Origin: Octopus sinensis
Taxonomy: Eukaryota
Direction of reading: 5' to 3'
DNA length: 64,000 nucleotides
Assembly: GCF_006345805.1 (NCBI RefSeq)
Contig: NC_043010.1
Coordinates: 14,198,001 to 14,262,000 of the forward strand
Below are positions 12,550 to 24,489 of this stretch, in pieces (the stretch's first letter is position 1; each line of letters begins with the position of its first letter). Under the pieces are notes generated by a model, which saw nothing but the letters and a program-made list of their open reading frames with translations, was not told the DNA's origin and made no database searches. The position numbers were made by a program, and so were the translations under genes.

Positions 12550-13260
12550 GTGATACAGGTGTACTGGGAGGAACTGGGGCATGAGGTTGAGAGTTTCAAA
12601 TACCTTGGCGCCATCATTACAGCTACAGGTCAAGGTGAGGCTGACATTAAAACACAAATCGACCTCGCTCGCCAAGCCTTCAACCGACTCAGGTCAAGAT
12701 CTGAGATCCGACGCACCACCAAAGTACGGATCTACCAAGCACCAGTGCAGACGATTCTCCTTTACGGCAGCGGGTTGTGGCCAATGAGGGTGGAAGATAT
12801 TAAGCAACTAGAATCTTTCGACCACCTCTGTCTACGCCGCATCCTTCGTATCTGATGGCATCACTTTGTCTCCAACAATTTGGTGCGACACCAGTGCAGA
12901 ATCACCTCCCTCCGACAAGTCATCCTAACGAGACGTCTGCGTTGGCTGGGTCATGCCCTCTGTCATCAACCAGGAGAGTTCATCTACAAAGCAATTGCCC
13001 CAGCTCCCCTTCAAGGTTGGCGAAAGCAATGTGGTGGACAACGAAAAACCTGGCTGATGACAGTCAAGGCTGATATGGAACCCAACCTAGGCCCCCATAT
13101 CTACGGTGTTCGCTGCTGGAATAAGGAGTGGTTGGAGATCACGTGGTCATTAGCCTCAAATCGCCAGGCTTGGTCGGCGTTTGTGAGAGATGCAGCATTG
13201 AGGATGGATGAAGCCAGCTCAACCCACCCTGGGTGAATGCTGTCTCGAGTCAAGTCATGA
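12550..13260 (+). mobile_element. 5'-truncated RTE-clade LINE (RT C-terminal region)
   Basis: FKYLG..I...G...DIK.QI..A..AFNRL...TKVRIY...LLYG and RRLRWLGH motifs. Stop and frameshift near 12855. Confidence 0.9.
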
Positions 13261-13534
13261 GCCATTTTGAGATTGCTGATTTGGTGCTCTGTTTATGCAT
13301 GAATGTATTTCTCTGGGTATGAGAAGAGGAAAACAGCTGGTTAGAAAGATCATGCTGCCTTATGTGCCTCAGGGCACATACAGAACTGACCAACGGGCAT
13401 TCACACCAGCTCCAAAATTCTACTCGTAAGTACATTCATTCATTTTGCCGTTGCTGACCTAAATATTCTAGACCCTGAGTTAGAGCATAAAGCATTTTTT
13501 AAAGCCTTCTTTGAACCTAAAAGCATACTTACCT

Positions 13535-13830
13535 TGCTTTGCTTGTCATTTCAATATCAGCATCAAAATATGGCCATCACACATAGCATTGTGCAAAACC
13601 CCTTCATAATATGGATCTAGTGGAGTTCTTGCACCATCCTCAACCTCAATTTTGGAGGGATGACAAGGGTAACTTTTGCACAGTATTGCACCATCTTCCC
13701 AATTCTTACTTGTCTAATTCTGCAATTGCAGTGTCTCTCTAGCCTTTCATAAAACTTACCCAGAATAGAATCCTTTCAAATTTCACAATGTGCTTTGGTT
13801 GTTTTCAAGTGGAACTAATCTAAATTCATT
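13535..13830 (-). mobile_element. Degenerate Ty3/Gypsy integrase zinc-finger region
   Basis: Minus strand with frameshifts: VIPPKLRLRMVQELH...FAQCYV*WPYFDADIE, resembling VIP..LR..VL.ELH..H.G...MK.LAR.YVWWP.ID.DIE. Confidence 0.5.
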
Positions 13831-15479
13831 ATCTGAAATCTATTTAGTAAACTTGAACAATCCTCCACTTAGTCATTTCTTATTAAATGTCTAAGTGGTA
13901 TTACCATTGGAGGACCTAATACTGTATTCTAATTTACAGTTAAAAGCAGCCAGGGATGGTGCCTAAAAGGGCCGATTGACATGTTTTCAGCACTCAATCT
14001 TAGGAGTGGTTTGTGATCAGTGTAGAATGAAAAAATAAATACAATACGGATACACTTTTTACTTGTTTCAGTCATTTGACTGTGGCCATGCTGGAGCACC
14101 ACCTTTTTAGTCGATCAAATCGACCCCAGGATTTATTCTTTGTAAGCCTAGTACTTATTCTATCGGTCTCTTTTGCCGAACCAGTAAGTTACGGGGACGT
14201 AAACACCAGCATTGGTTGTCAAGCGATGTTGGGGGGGCAAACACAAACATACACATATATATATATATATATACACACACAACGGGCTTCTTTTCGCTTC
14301 TGTCTACCAAATCCACTCACAAGGCTCTGGTCGGCCCGAGGCTATAAGAGAAGACACTTGCCCAAGGTGCCACGCAGTGGGACTGAACCCGGAAGCATGT
14401 GGTTGGTAAGCAAGCTACTTACCACACAGCCACTCCTACGCCTATTGAAATTTTTTGTGGCAATTTCAAACACTAGCCTTTACTTTTCAATGTGGGTGTA
14501 ATTTTTCTTTGCAACTGAAAATCCATGTGGACTGTAACACTGGCCTTTCACTCCCATTATCATTTTTATGGGCCACTACTGCTATTTTGTTTTGGGAAAC
14601 ATCTACAAGCAGTAGAATCAGTTTCAAACAGTGTCAACAAAGGCATAGAATGTAGTTTCTTAGTATCTTGGTAAAACTATTTCTGGTCTGCATTCCATAG
14701 CGGAACTTTCACCTTTTTTAATGATTGATGTGGGTGCTCAAAGTTCCATAAAGAATAATTATAATCTTTACTTTACGTATCTTGGAAAAGAACCTTTTAT
14801 ATCCTCTTGAATTAGATGAAACAAAATTCTCCCAGAAGCAACAATGTGGGCAACGTGCATTTCACTGTTTTTGCAGCTTGTCAGTGCTGTGCATTTGAGT
14901 TAATTCAAAGACGGTCATCTTGAATATAGAATCAGTGAACATGCATTTCACTGACTTTCCAGGCAGGCTTTAGACTGAATAAAATTCAAATTAGGTGAGA
15001 GCATAATTTGGATAATTATTATTATTCCAAGTCCCGTAATAAGGTTTCAACTCTAATATTCTTGAATTGCAACAATTTTCTCTGGAAGACTTGAAGGGAG
15101 AATGCAATTAGTTGAATATCAACAACAGAACATATTCTGATAATTTTTATTCATCATGAATGGATGAAATGGAACAAACAAAAAAAAAAGTCATAACAAA
15201 ACATTGTTTATAGATTTATCACATGGGTTTCTTTTTGGTGAGGTTATAGAATTCATGGTTTACCAAAACTATCAGGAGCATAAGCAAAATGTATTGACTA
15301 AACCTTTGCAGGCTCTGTTCAAAGGAAATTTTATTTGGCCTACAATACACAACTCAGGATCCTAAAACGTAAACCAGCAGGTAATTTGTTATTGGGACAT
15401 TTTTACCTGATTTGAAGGTTTTTTTGATATGCTCCAATCCATTTTTTAACATGTCTAGATTTCAAGATAGCCAAATCCT

Positions 15480-15990
15480 GAACTTCGATTTTCTCCTTGA
15501 GCAACAAACTGGATACACCAGAAAAAGAAAAGAAAAACATTTGGTGATCAAAGAATGGCCACAATGAACCATAATTCCAGGGTCTTTTAATGTGGTTGAA
15601 CAGCCTTTAGTGCAACTGGGGGGAGAAAAATCATCCCGTGTCCACTCCATATCAAACTTGGCATTATGAAGCAGTTTGTTACAGCTCTGGATAAAGATAA
15701 ACCATGCTTTCACTAAATCAGCAGCACATTGCCTGGTTTGAGTAGCGAAAAGATAAAAGCTGGAGTATTTTATGGGCCTCAAATCAGAAAACTGATAAAA
15801 GATAGTAACTTTGTAAACTCAATGAATTGCATTGAAGCATGGAATTCTTTTGCAATAGTTGTCAACAACATGGTTGGAGAACTTTCAAAAGTTGGGGGTG
15901 AATATGAGCATAAAGGTGTACTCTCTACAATTGCCTTGTTAAATTCCCTGAAAATCTTGGTGATAAGCAGGGAGAACATTTTTATTAGGA
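15480..15990 (+). mobile_element. Chapaev-like (CMC superfamily) transposase remnant
   Basis: FLLEQQTGYT..., PLHIKLGIMKQFVTALDKD..., KIKAGVFYGPQIRKLIKD motifs with stops and frameshifts. Family assignment is from recall. Confidence 0.7.
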
Positions 15991-16177
15991 CATAAAATCT
16001 ACGAAAAAAAAAGGTGTTGGGGCTTGCATATGATGGCTGGTACTTGGCTCATGAACTTCCTGAGGTTCAGCACTCAAAAAAAAATTCATCCAAATACAAA
16101 TTCATGAGAAATTAGGCAATGACAATGATGTAATTTGTTTGCTAGTTTTTCAGTAGAATTTTAAGAAAACATTCTGG

Positions 16178-16573
16178 GGGTTTTTTTTCGGTTTGAACGG
16201 CAGTTTTTAACAATTTCTAGGTAACTAAAAAATTTTAAACTTTGTATATTGGTAGAATGTGTTTATAAAACATCTTTTTCTCTTGGCTTTATTGAGAAAA
16301 TTCTATACTTTGTAAGATATTTGTTGTTTTTTTTCTTCAATTTCAACCAATCACTGACGTCTATTGAGGTAAAAAAAAAAAAAATTCTGTGCTGTATGAA
16401 TATTTCCCTCGTTTAAGAAACAGATTGGGTTTATTTACATTTGTGAAGGAAAAAAAGATACCATTCCCCCTAACCTAGATTGAAATGCAATAGATTGATA
16501 CTAGGGTAATAATTATGGGTGACAATAACATATGACAGCGCTAGAAGAAACTGCCGTTCAAACCAAAAAGATC
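16178..16573 (+). mobile_element. MITE family D copy
   Basis: TSD CATTCTGG at 16170-16177 and 16574-16581. Confidence 0.8.
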
Positions 16574-17000
16574 CCATTCTGGTTGTGAAGAAAAACCAAT
16601 TTCTGTGTGTGTGTTATGCCTGGTTCCTTATATGCTGTTTTATCAAAAAAAAACCATGAAATTCTATGGATCCAATATCTTAAAATGTTGACATGATAAT
16701 AAATGGATGTCATTTTCGGATTGTGTGTGTGTGTCAAAAAATCTTGGCCTGTGTAATTATTGGATGATGCACCACATATTTTAAATCATGATGACGTCCT
16801 GTAGTTTGTGCTCCTCCATTGACTTCAGTAAAGAAGATTTTTCACATTGGGAATTAAAAGGGCCACAAATTAAGAAAACGGGGTAAAAGGCACAAACTGC
16901 ATGACATCATAATAATTGTTGGATTAAATCCCAAATGAAAAGAAAATGTTTAGCTGATTCATTCAATTTCCATATATTTACTGGCCCTTGTTTTATTTAA

Positions 17001-17221
17001 CTCTTTCGTTACCAACCCGGCTGAAACCGGCTCTGGCTCTTTAGTACAAATGTCTGGTTTTCAAAAGTTCTGAATTAAAATCTTCCACCAAACCTTAGTC
17101 ACAATTTATGTCTCTAACTCTAGCTTAATTATAATGATGTTATTTTACTTAATTCTTTGTTATATTTAACATAATTGGAAGAAACACTGAGCATCTCAAA
17201 ATAAATTCAGTAACGAAAGGG
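17001..17221. mobile_element. piggyBac-type MITE family E (copies at 32234-32454, 59028-59249, 60556-60776)
   Basis: TTAA TSDs, CCCTTTCGTTAC-type TIRs, ~220 bp, shared internal sequence. Confidence 0.85.
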
Positions 17222-17745
17222 TTAAATCTCTTGAGCGCTGATGGACAGTGTCAACCCTCAACAGGATTTTAGGGTCAAGCTGTGCATAGGAACAAAACTA
17301 AAGTTTCTTTCATCCCTGTGTTCTAATCAACCTCCCAACTGCAATCCGTAGAAAGTGAAATGAAACCCTAACAAAGATTTTGAATTTTGTGTTCTAAAAC
17401 TAAATTAAGGAAGGGTTGGGGGCGGAAAAAAGTACAAATTGTAGAGTAGAGTACATTGGACTGAATGAACTTCATTGCATTCCAGGTACCTTTTCAACTG
17501 ATTCCTTCCTTCCCCTGCTCTCTGGAAGAATGAAAGACAAAGTGATGCCAGGGAGAGATTTGAATTTGGATCATGAAGGGATATAACAAAAAGGCATTTT
17601 TTGTCTGGCACTTTTACCATTTTTATATTCCAATACAAAAAAGCCCTACAAAAAAATGTTGGGAAGGGGGTGGATCCAAATGTAAGACAGAAGTCTATAT
17701 ACAGATGAAATGTGGGATGGAGAGAGGGAGGCTCCCTATGAAATA

Positions 17746-17981
17746 TCACAGTTTTCTCTTTTTCCGTTTGGGTGAACAAACATCTTTAGGAGCACGCTTT
17801 GTATTACCCTCATCATCATCATCATCGTCGTCGTCACTGTTATCAGAAGAGGAACTGTCTTCAGCAGAGCTACCTTCATCCAGCAGATCTGTATCTGTGG
17901 CCTTTGCAATCCAAGCATTCTTTTCTTCCACGTCATCCAGCTTCATCACACTAACCATGGAACGACCAGATTTCCTGGCAG
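17746..17981 (-). CDS. RPP30: RPP30 last coding exon with acidic tract and C-terminal basic NLS-like motif
   Basis: Long pyrimidine tract and tacacag acceptor. (A)ARKSGRSMVSVMK...DDDDDDDD...SPKRKKRKL*. Phase 1 matches the previous exon. Confidence 0.9.
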
Positions 17982-18596
17982 CTGTGTAAGGGTTGAGAGG
18001 TAGGATAAAAAAAAAATAAATAAAAAGAGAAGAAAAAAATTTAAACAATACACAATTCTAACCCTAACCCTATGTTTCTGAGATGAGGAATTTACATATT
18101 TATATTAATCCTTTAACATTCCGATTTCTGTCAAATACAATGTTTATTCACATTGAGGCCAGGCGAGGCTGGCAACGGCCACGATCGGTGGCACGTAAAT
18201 GGCACCCACTACACTCACGGAGTGGTTGGCGTTAGGAAGGGCATCCAGCCATAGAAACACTGCCAGATCAGACTGGGCCTGATGCAGCCTTCTGGCTTCC
18301 CAGACCCCAGTTGAACTGTCCAACCCAAGCTAGCATGGAAAGCTGAGTGGACTGGAGCAACGTGAAATGAAGTGTTTTGCTCAAGAACACAACGCGTCGC
18401 CCAGTCCAGGAATCAAAACCACAACCTTACGACCATGAGTTCAACACCCTAACCACTATGCCACACGCCTCCACTCTTTAAGGCGAAGCCCCAACATGGC
18501 CACAATTAAATGACTGAAACAAGTAAAAAAAAAATGAAAGAATAGTGCCAGTTTGAGTAAACAAAAAACAAAAGCAAAGATTAAAGTGTGACTCAC

Positions 18597-18676
18597 CTGC
18601 ATGTGATAGGACTGACTGGCAATTAGTTGTGAGGGCAGCACGAACTTTGAGCTCTGATAAACCAAGCATTAAACCT
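18597..18676 (-). CDS. RPP30: RPP30 exon (80 nt) after the U12 intron
   Basis: GLMLGLSELKVRAALTTNCQSVLSHA aligns with human GLLFGLSESDAKAAVSTNCRAALLH (recalled). gtgagt donor; TTCCTTGAC branch site upstream. Confidence 0.93.
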
Positions 18677-18902
18677 CTGGTAGCAAGAATGAGAGTCAAG
18701 GAAAAAATGGTGGGCACCTAGACAATAACACTGGTTACATTGCCTGATATACTAAACAGCTTGCTTACCAACCACATGGTTCCGGGTTCAGTCCCACTGC
18801 GTGGCACCTCGAGCAAGTGTCTTCTACTATAGCTTCGGGCCGACAAAAGCCTTGTGAGTGGATTTGGTAGACGGAAACTGAAAGAAGCCCGTCGTATATA
18901 TT

Positions 18903-18935
<33 letters not shown>

Positions 18936-20706
18936 TTGTGTGTGTTTGTGCGTCTGTGTGTCCCCCAACATCACCTGACAACCGATGCTGGTGTGTTTAT
19001 GTCCCCCGTCACTTAGCGGGTTCGGCAAAAGAGACCGATAGAATAAGTCCCGGGGTCGATTTGTTCGATTAAGGCAGTGCTCCAGCATGGCCGCAGTCAC
19101 ATGACTGAAACAAATAAAAGAGTAAAGAGTGCTTTGGTGTGTGTGATGTGCTGGAGGGGAGGGGTAGTAGTATTCAAACCAAATGTAGTTATGCCAAAAT
19201 AGCAAAGAGGGGTAGTGAAAGTCTGATAATTTTAATGAAAAATAGAATACATATTATTATCACTGTCTATTTAGGTAGGAATGGTCGTTGCCAGTACCTA
19301 TTTCTTTATTACCCACAAGGGGATAAACATAGAGGGGACAATCAAGGACAGACATAGGTATTATATCGAGCCCAGTGCGTAACTGGTAGTTAATCTATCG
19401 ACCCCGAAAGGATGAAAGGCAAAGTTGAACTTGGCAGAATTTGAACTCACAACGTAACGACAGACGAAATACCGCTAAGTGTTTCGCCCGACGTGCCAAC
19501 GTTTCTGGCCCCCGTGCCGGTGGCACGTAAAAAGCACCCACTGCGCTCTCAGAGTGGTTGGTGTTAGGAAGGGCATCCAACTGTAGAAACTCTTGCCAGA
19601 TCAAGATTGGAGCCTGGTGCAGCCATCTGGTTCGCCAGCCCTCAGTCAAAATCGTCCAACCCATGCTAGCATGGAAAGCAGACGTTAAACGATGATGATG
19701 ATGTCTTAATGTCTACATTTCCATGCTTATATAGATCATCATCATCATCATCATCGTTTAGCATCCGCTTTCCATGCTAGCATGGGTTGGATGGTTCAAC
19801 TGGGGTCTGGGAAGCCAGAAGGCTGCACCAGGCCCAGTTTGATCTGGCAATGTTTCTACGGCTGGATGCCCTTCCTAACGCCAACCACTCCTTTGAGTGT
19901 AGTGGGTGCTTTTTATGTGCCACCGGCACGGAGGCCAGACGAGTCAAATGAAATTTTCAAGTTTCTTGGCATGAGGTATCAAGACAAGGAAACACACACA
20001 CACACACATGTACATACAAACAAACAAATGCATATATATATATATATATCAGCAGTAGCAAGGTGCTGTGCAGTGGGGCTGGGACCCTAGACAACATAGT
20101 TGGGAAGCAAGCTTTTAATTAAAGCTGAGACTGCTCTCTGTCATTATACTTAACTTCAAAACACAGAACACTGAATAGAGACATAGGGATACCTCAGCTT
20201 TGAATAAATGAATAAACTCTACTACACGAGTGGCTGTGTGGTAAGTAGCTTGCTTACCAACCACATGGTTCCAGGTTCAGTCCCACTACGTGGCACCTTG
20301 GGCAAGTGTCTTCTACTATAGCCTCGGGCCGACCAATGCCTTGTGAGTGGATTTGGCAGAGGGAACTGAAAGAAGCCTGTCGTATATGTATGTGTGTCTG
20401 TGTTTGTCCCTCCACCATCGCTTGACAACCGATGCTCGTGTGTTTAAGTCCCCGTAACCTAGCGGTTCGGCGAAAGAGACCGATAGAATAAGTACTAGGC
20501 CTACAAAGAATAAGTCCTGGGGTCGATTTGCTCGACTAAAAGGCGATGCTCCAGCATGGCCACAGTCAAATGACTGAAACAAGTAGAAGAGTACTCACAT
20601 ACTTCATTTGAAAATTGATAGACAAAGGGGTAGAGAGAGAGAGAGAGAGAGTGAAGGCTTGGGAGTTCGGCAGTTATCGAGAGAATCTCTCTGTTATAAA
20701 GGATAC
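18677..20706 (-). other. RPP30: U12-type (minor spliceosome) GT-AG intron of RPP30
   Basis: 5' site GTATCCTTT (20706-20698), branch site TTCCTTGAC (18703-18695) about 19 nt before the terminal CAG. Phase 2. Confidence 0.9.
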
Positions 20707-20744
20707 AGTACTCGAACATCGTAGGGTCCTCGCAAGTCTAAGGG
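20707..20744 (-). CDS. RPP30: RPP30 exon (38 nt)
   Basis: PLDLRGPYDVRV(L) versus human PLEIRGPYDVANL. tttag acceptor and GTATCCTTT donor. Confidence 0.93.
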
Positions 20745-21906
20745 CTAAAGTAAAAGAAAAGGAAAGTAACAACAAAAATATATACAAGACATTTCAGCAA
20801 AAAAAAACAAAAACTGCTGAAGTTTCTATAAATGAATATACAGCACTTTGGGTCATGGTAGTTGTTTAACCACAGGTTGGATTTGATACAGGAGACCTAT
20901 GATCACAGACCTTGCAGCTTTGATCATTCCATCATCATCATCATCATCATCATTATCATCATCGTTTAACGTCCGCTTTCCATGCTAGCATGGGTTGGAC
21001 GATTTTGACTGAGGGCTGGTGAACCAGATGACTGCACCAGGCTCCAATCTGATCTGGCAGTGTTTCTACAGCTGGATGCCCTTCCTAACGCCAACCACTC
21101 CGAGAGTGTAGTGGGTGCTTTTACGTGCCACCGGCACAAGGGCCAGTTAGGCGGTACTGGCAACAACCTCGCTCAAATCCTTTTACACATGCCACCAGCA
21201 CAGGTGCCAGTAAGGCGACTTTGATAACGATCACGCTCAAATGGTGCCCTTTTACGTGCCACTGGCACGGAAGCCAGTTAGCCGTTTTGTCAATGATCAC
21301 GCTTGTATTGGTGCTCTTTGCATCCTACTAGCATGGATGCCATTCATCAAATTTGATTTTGATTTTCCATCTTGTATTTTCACATGATACATCTACAGAC
21401 TTACATCATCCATTGTTCCTTTCCATTTTTGTAAGGTGGTAGATTATGATTTCAGTGATGAACCGGTGTCCCATTCAAGGGGGAATTTGGGTTAAACTCT
21501 AGCCTTATGATCCCTAGGGTTTGTGACAAACCTGAGACCTAAGAAAAGTATGATTTTGAATGATATTTGGTTGGTATTTTTAGCATATTGAGTAGCCACA
21601 TAAGAGGCTCTTTCGATGGCAACTGTCAGCTATTTGTAACAGTTATAGTGTTGTTGATGATTTCTGATGATATCTATTTCTTTATTGCCCACAAGGGGCT
21701 AAACACAGAGAGGACAAACAGATTAAGTGGATTATATCAACCCCAGTGTGTAACTGGTACTTATTTAATCGACCCCGAAAGGATGAAAGGTAAAGTCGAC
21801 CTCAGTGGAATTTGAACCAGAACGTAACGGCAGACGAAATACGGCTAAGCATTTCGCCCGGCATGCTAACGTTTCTGCTAGCTCGCCGCCTTAAAATACA
21901 AGCCTC

Positions 21907-21978
21907 CTCCCTGGTGGGGAATCGAACCCCGGCCTCCTGCGTGACAGGCAGGGATACTTACCACTGTACTAACGAAGA
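21907..21978 (-). pseudogene. tRNA-Asp(GTC) retrocopy or pseudogene
   Basis: 72-nt TCTTCGTTAGTACAGTGGTAAGTATCCCTGCCTGTCACGCAGGAGGCCGGGGTTCGATTCCCCACCAGGGAG with GTC anticodon and intact A and B boxes. Mismatches in the acceptor stem (C5-A68, T7-C66) and T stem (C49-A65). Confidence 0.85.
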
Positions 21979-23156
21979 ACATTTCTGATGATATCAGAGG
22001 CACATGGCTAAATGGTTAAAAATGTTGGCCTCGCAATCACAAGGTTGTAGGTTCAATTCCCAGATCAGGAGAAATATTTTGTCCTTGAGCAACGTCCTTC
22101 CTTCCTTTCATGTCATTCATTGAAAATAAGTACCAGCTTAGTGTTAACGTTGCCCTCTCTCTCTCATCAGTTATCACATCTTCAATGCTTCACAGAGTTA
22201 AGGGCTGAAAGAACCTAGAGGCCATACATGACTACTTGTGACTACACAAGCAGCTAGAAATACTAGTGAAGCAATGGTACATGCTAACAGGTCGTACTCG
22301 CTGGCAAGTGATGGCTACATATTTGTTTCATGTTGGTGATGACTTTGATTATGATGATGATGAGGATAATTCAGTCGCTGATGGTGATATTCAATATAGT
22401 GAAACATTGACAACACAGGCAACAAAAACTGAGGAAAAAAAACAAGCCTGGTATGGAGATTTAGAATTACAATTGTGTATCTGGGTGTGTGCACATGCAG
22501 ATATATATATACATGGCGCAGGAGTGGCTGTGTGGTAAGTAGCTTGCTTACAAACCACATGGTTCCGGGTTCAGTCCCACTGCGTGGCACCTTGGGCAAG
22601 TATCTTCTACTATAGCCTCGGGCCAACCAAAGCCTTATGAGTGGATTTGGTAGACGGAAACTGAAAGAAGCCCGTTGTATATATGTATATATATATATGT
22701 GAGTATGTATGTTTGTGTGTCTGCGTTTGTCCCCCTAGCATTGCTTGACCACCGATGCTGGTGTGTTTATGTCCCCGTCACTTAGCGGTTCGGCAAAAGA
22801 GACCGGCAGAATAAGTACTGGGCTTACAAAGAATAAGTCCCGGGGTCAAGTTGCTCGATTACAGGCGGTGCTCCAGCATGGCCGCAGTCAAATGATTGAA
22901 ACGAGTAAAAGAGTATATATATATATATATAGAGAGAGAGAGAATTAAGAGATAGAACTTCCATAAAGTAATTCAATTAATAATGAAAGATATTATCTAT
23001 AATAAAATATAAATTTAAATATATTATTATTAACATTTTACTAAAAATTTCTATACTAAATAATACACATTAAAACGACGACACACGTTTCGTGACTATG
23101 TATACAAATCTACAATATCAAAATCGATAATCTCAAAAATTAATATTTCTTTGAAT

Positions 23157-23198
<42 letters not shown>

Positions 23199-23530
23199 GG
23201 TTTTGCCCGTGTTGGCTGCTATTTCTAGCATGTAAAAATTACCTGTTAAAGGGTAATTTTCTATTTTTTAAAATATGAATATGTTGTCTATTGACTATTT
23301 ATACATGCTAGGCCACTGGTGGTGATATTTATAATGAATATTCGCCACTCTATAGATGTATCTTATAGATATATATATATAGAAAGTGATGTGTGTGTGT
23401 GACGTATGACTTCAGAACAGAAAAATATGTAAACAAGAAAAAGAGAGAGAGAGAGAGAGAGAGAGACGCTATGATGGCTTGATAGTTTGTTGTTGCTATG
23501 ACTACTGGTAAACAAATAACTAATACTCAC

Positions 23531-23560
23531 ATTCTCACAGCCACTGGTTAAAATGAGATT
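23531..23560 (-). CDS. RPP30: RPP30 microexon (30 nt)
   Basis: NLILTSGCEN versus human NVIISSAAER. actttcag acceptor, gtgagt donor. Phase 0/0. Confidence 0.88.
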
Positions 23561-23654
23561 CTGAAAGTAGAAAATAAAATAAGATTGTCTGAAATTTTAT
23601 CAGAATGTGGGGGGTGGGGTGGTATACATGCACATTTGTGTGTGAGTAAATACT

Positions 23655-24052
23655 CTTTTACTCTCTCTTTTACTTGTTTCAGTCATTTGACTGCGGCCAT
23701 GCTGGAGCACCGCCTTTAGTCGAGCAACTCGACCCCGGGACTTATTCTTTGTAAGCCCAGTACTTATTCTATCGGTCTCTTTTGCCGAACCGCTAAGTAA
23801 CAGGGACGTAAACACACCAGCATCGGTTGTCAAGCAATGCTAGGGGGACAAACACAGACACACAAACACATACACACACATATATATATATACATATATA
23901 CGACAGGCTTCTTTCAGTTTCCGTCTACCAAATCCACTCACAAGGCTTTGGTCGGCCCGGGGCTATAGCAGAAGACACTTGCCCAAGATGCCACGCAGTG
24001 GGACTGAACCCGGAACCATGTGGTTGGTTAGCAAGCTACTTACCACACAGCC
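23655..24052 (-). mobile_element. SINE family A copy
   Basis: Full-length reverse copy ~100 nt from the RPP30 30-nt exon. Confidence 0.9.
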
Positions 24053-24065
24053 AGTTTGCATTCTG

Positions 24066-24489
24066 GGATCTTTTCGCTTTGACTGGCAGATTTTGAAAAT
24101 AATTTATTTCCTTTGTGTAGGCTTGGTAGGTAGTAGCAGATCTATTTGAAGACTATGGAAACATTTGCAAAACATTTCAAGTAATTTTCTCTTGAATTTA
24201 ATTGTTTTTCTTGTTTTACTCATAGTTGAAAAAGTGGATCTTTTCAGTTTCAACGGCATTTTTAAAAATAATTTCTAGGTAACTAAACACTTTTAAACTT
24301 CGTATACTGGTAGAATGTGTTTATAAAATATCTTTTTCTCTTGGCTTTCTTGAGAAAATTCTGTAGTTTGTAAGCTATTTCTTGTTTATTTTCTTGCATT
24401 TCGGCAATTTCAACCAATCAATGACGTCTATTGAGGTGAATTCAATTTGTCCGGATCGTTGTCAACAACAATAATTTGCGAAAAGATCC
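24066..24489 (+). mobile_element. MITE family D composite copy
   Basis: TSD GCATTCTG; second internal left TIR at 24236. Confidence 0.75.

Noticed and set aside
13318-13431. Short open frame MRRGKQLVRKIMLPYVPQG... ending at a gtaagt donor-like site
   Set aside because: No acceptor or partner exon found; it lies between LINE and Gypsy debris.
21907-21978. Functional tRNA-Asp gene
   Set aside because: Three stem mismatches, and it lies inside a TSD-bounded retrocopy.
23070-23140. Minus-strand GAAAC-GTGT-GTC half hammerhead
   Set aside because: The CUGANGA strand is too decayed (TTTGATA) to support a call.
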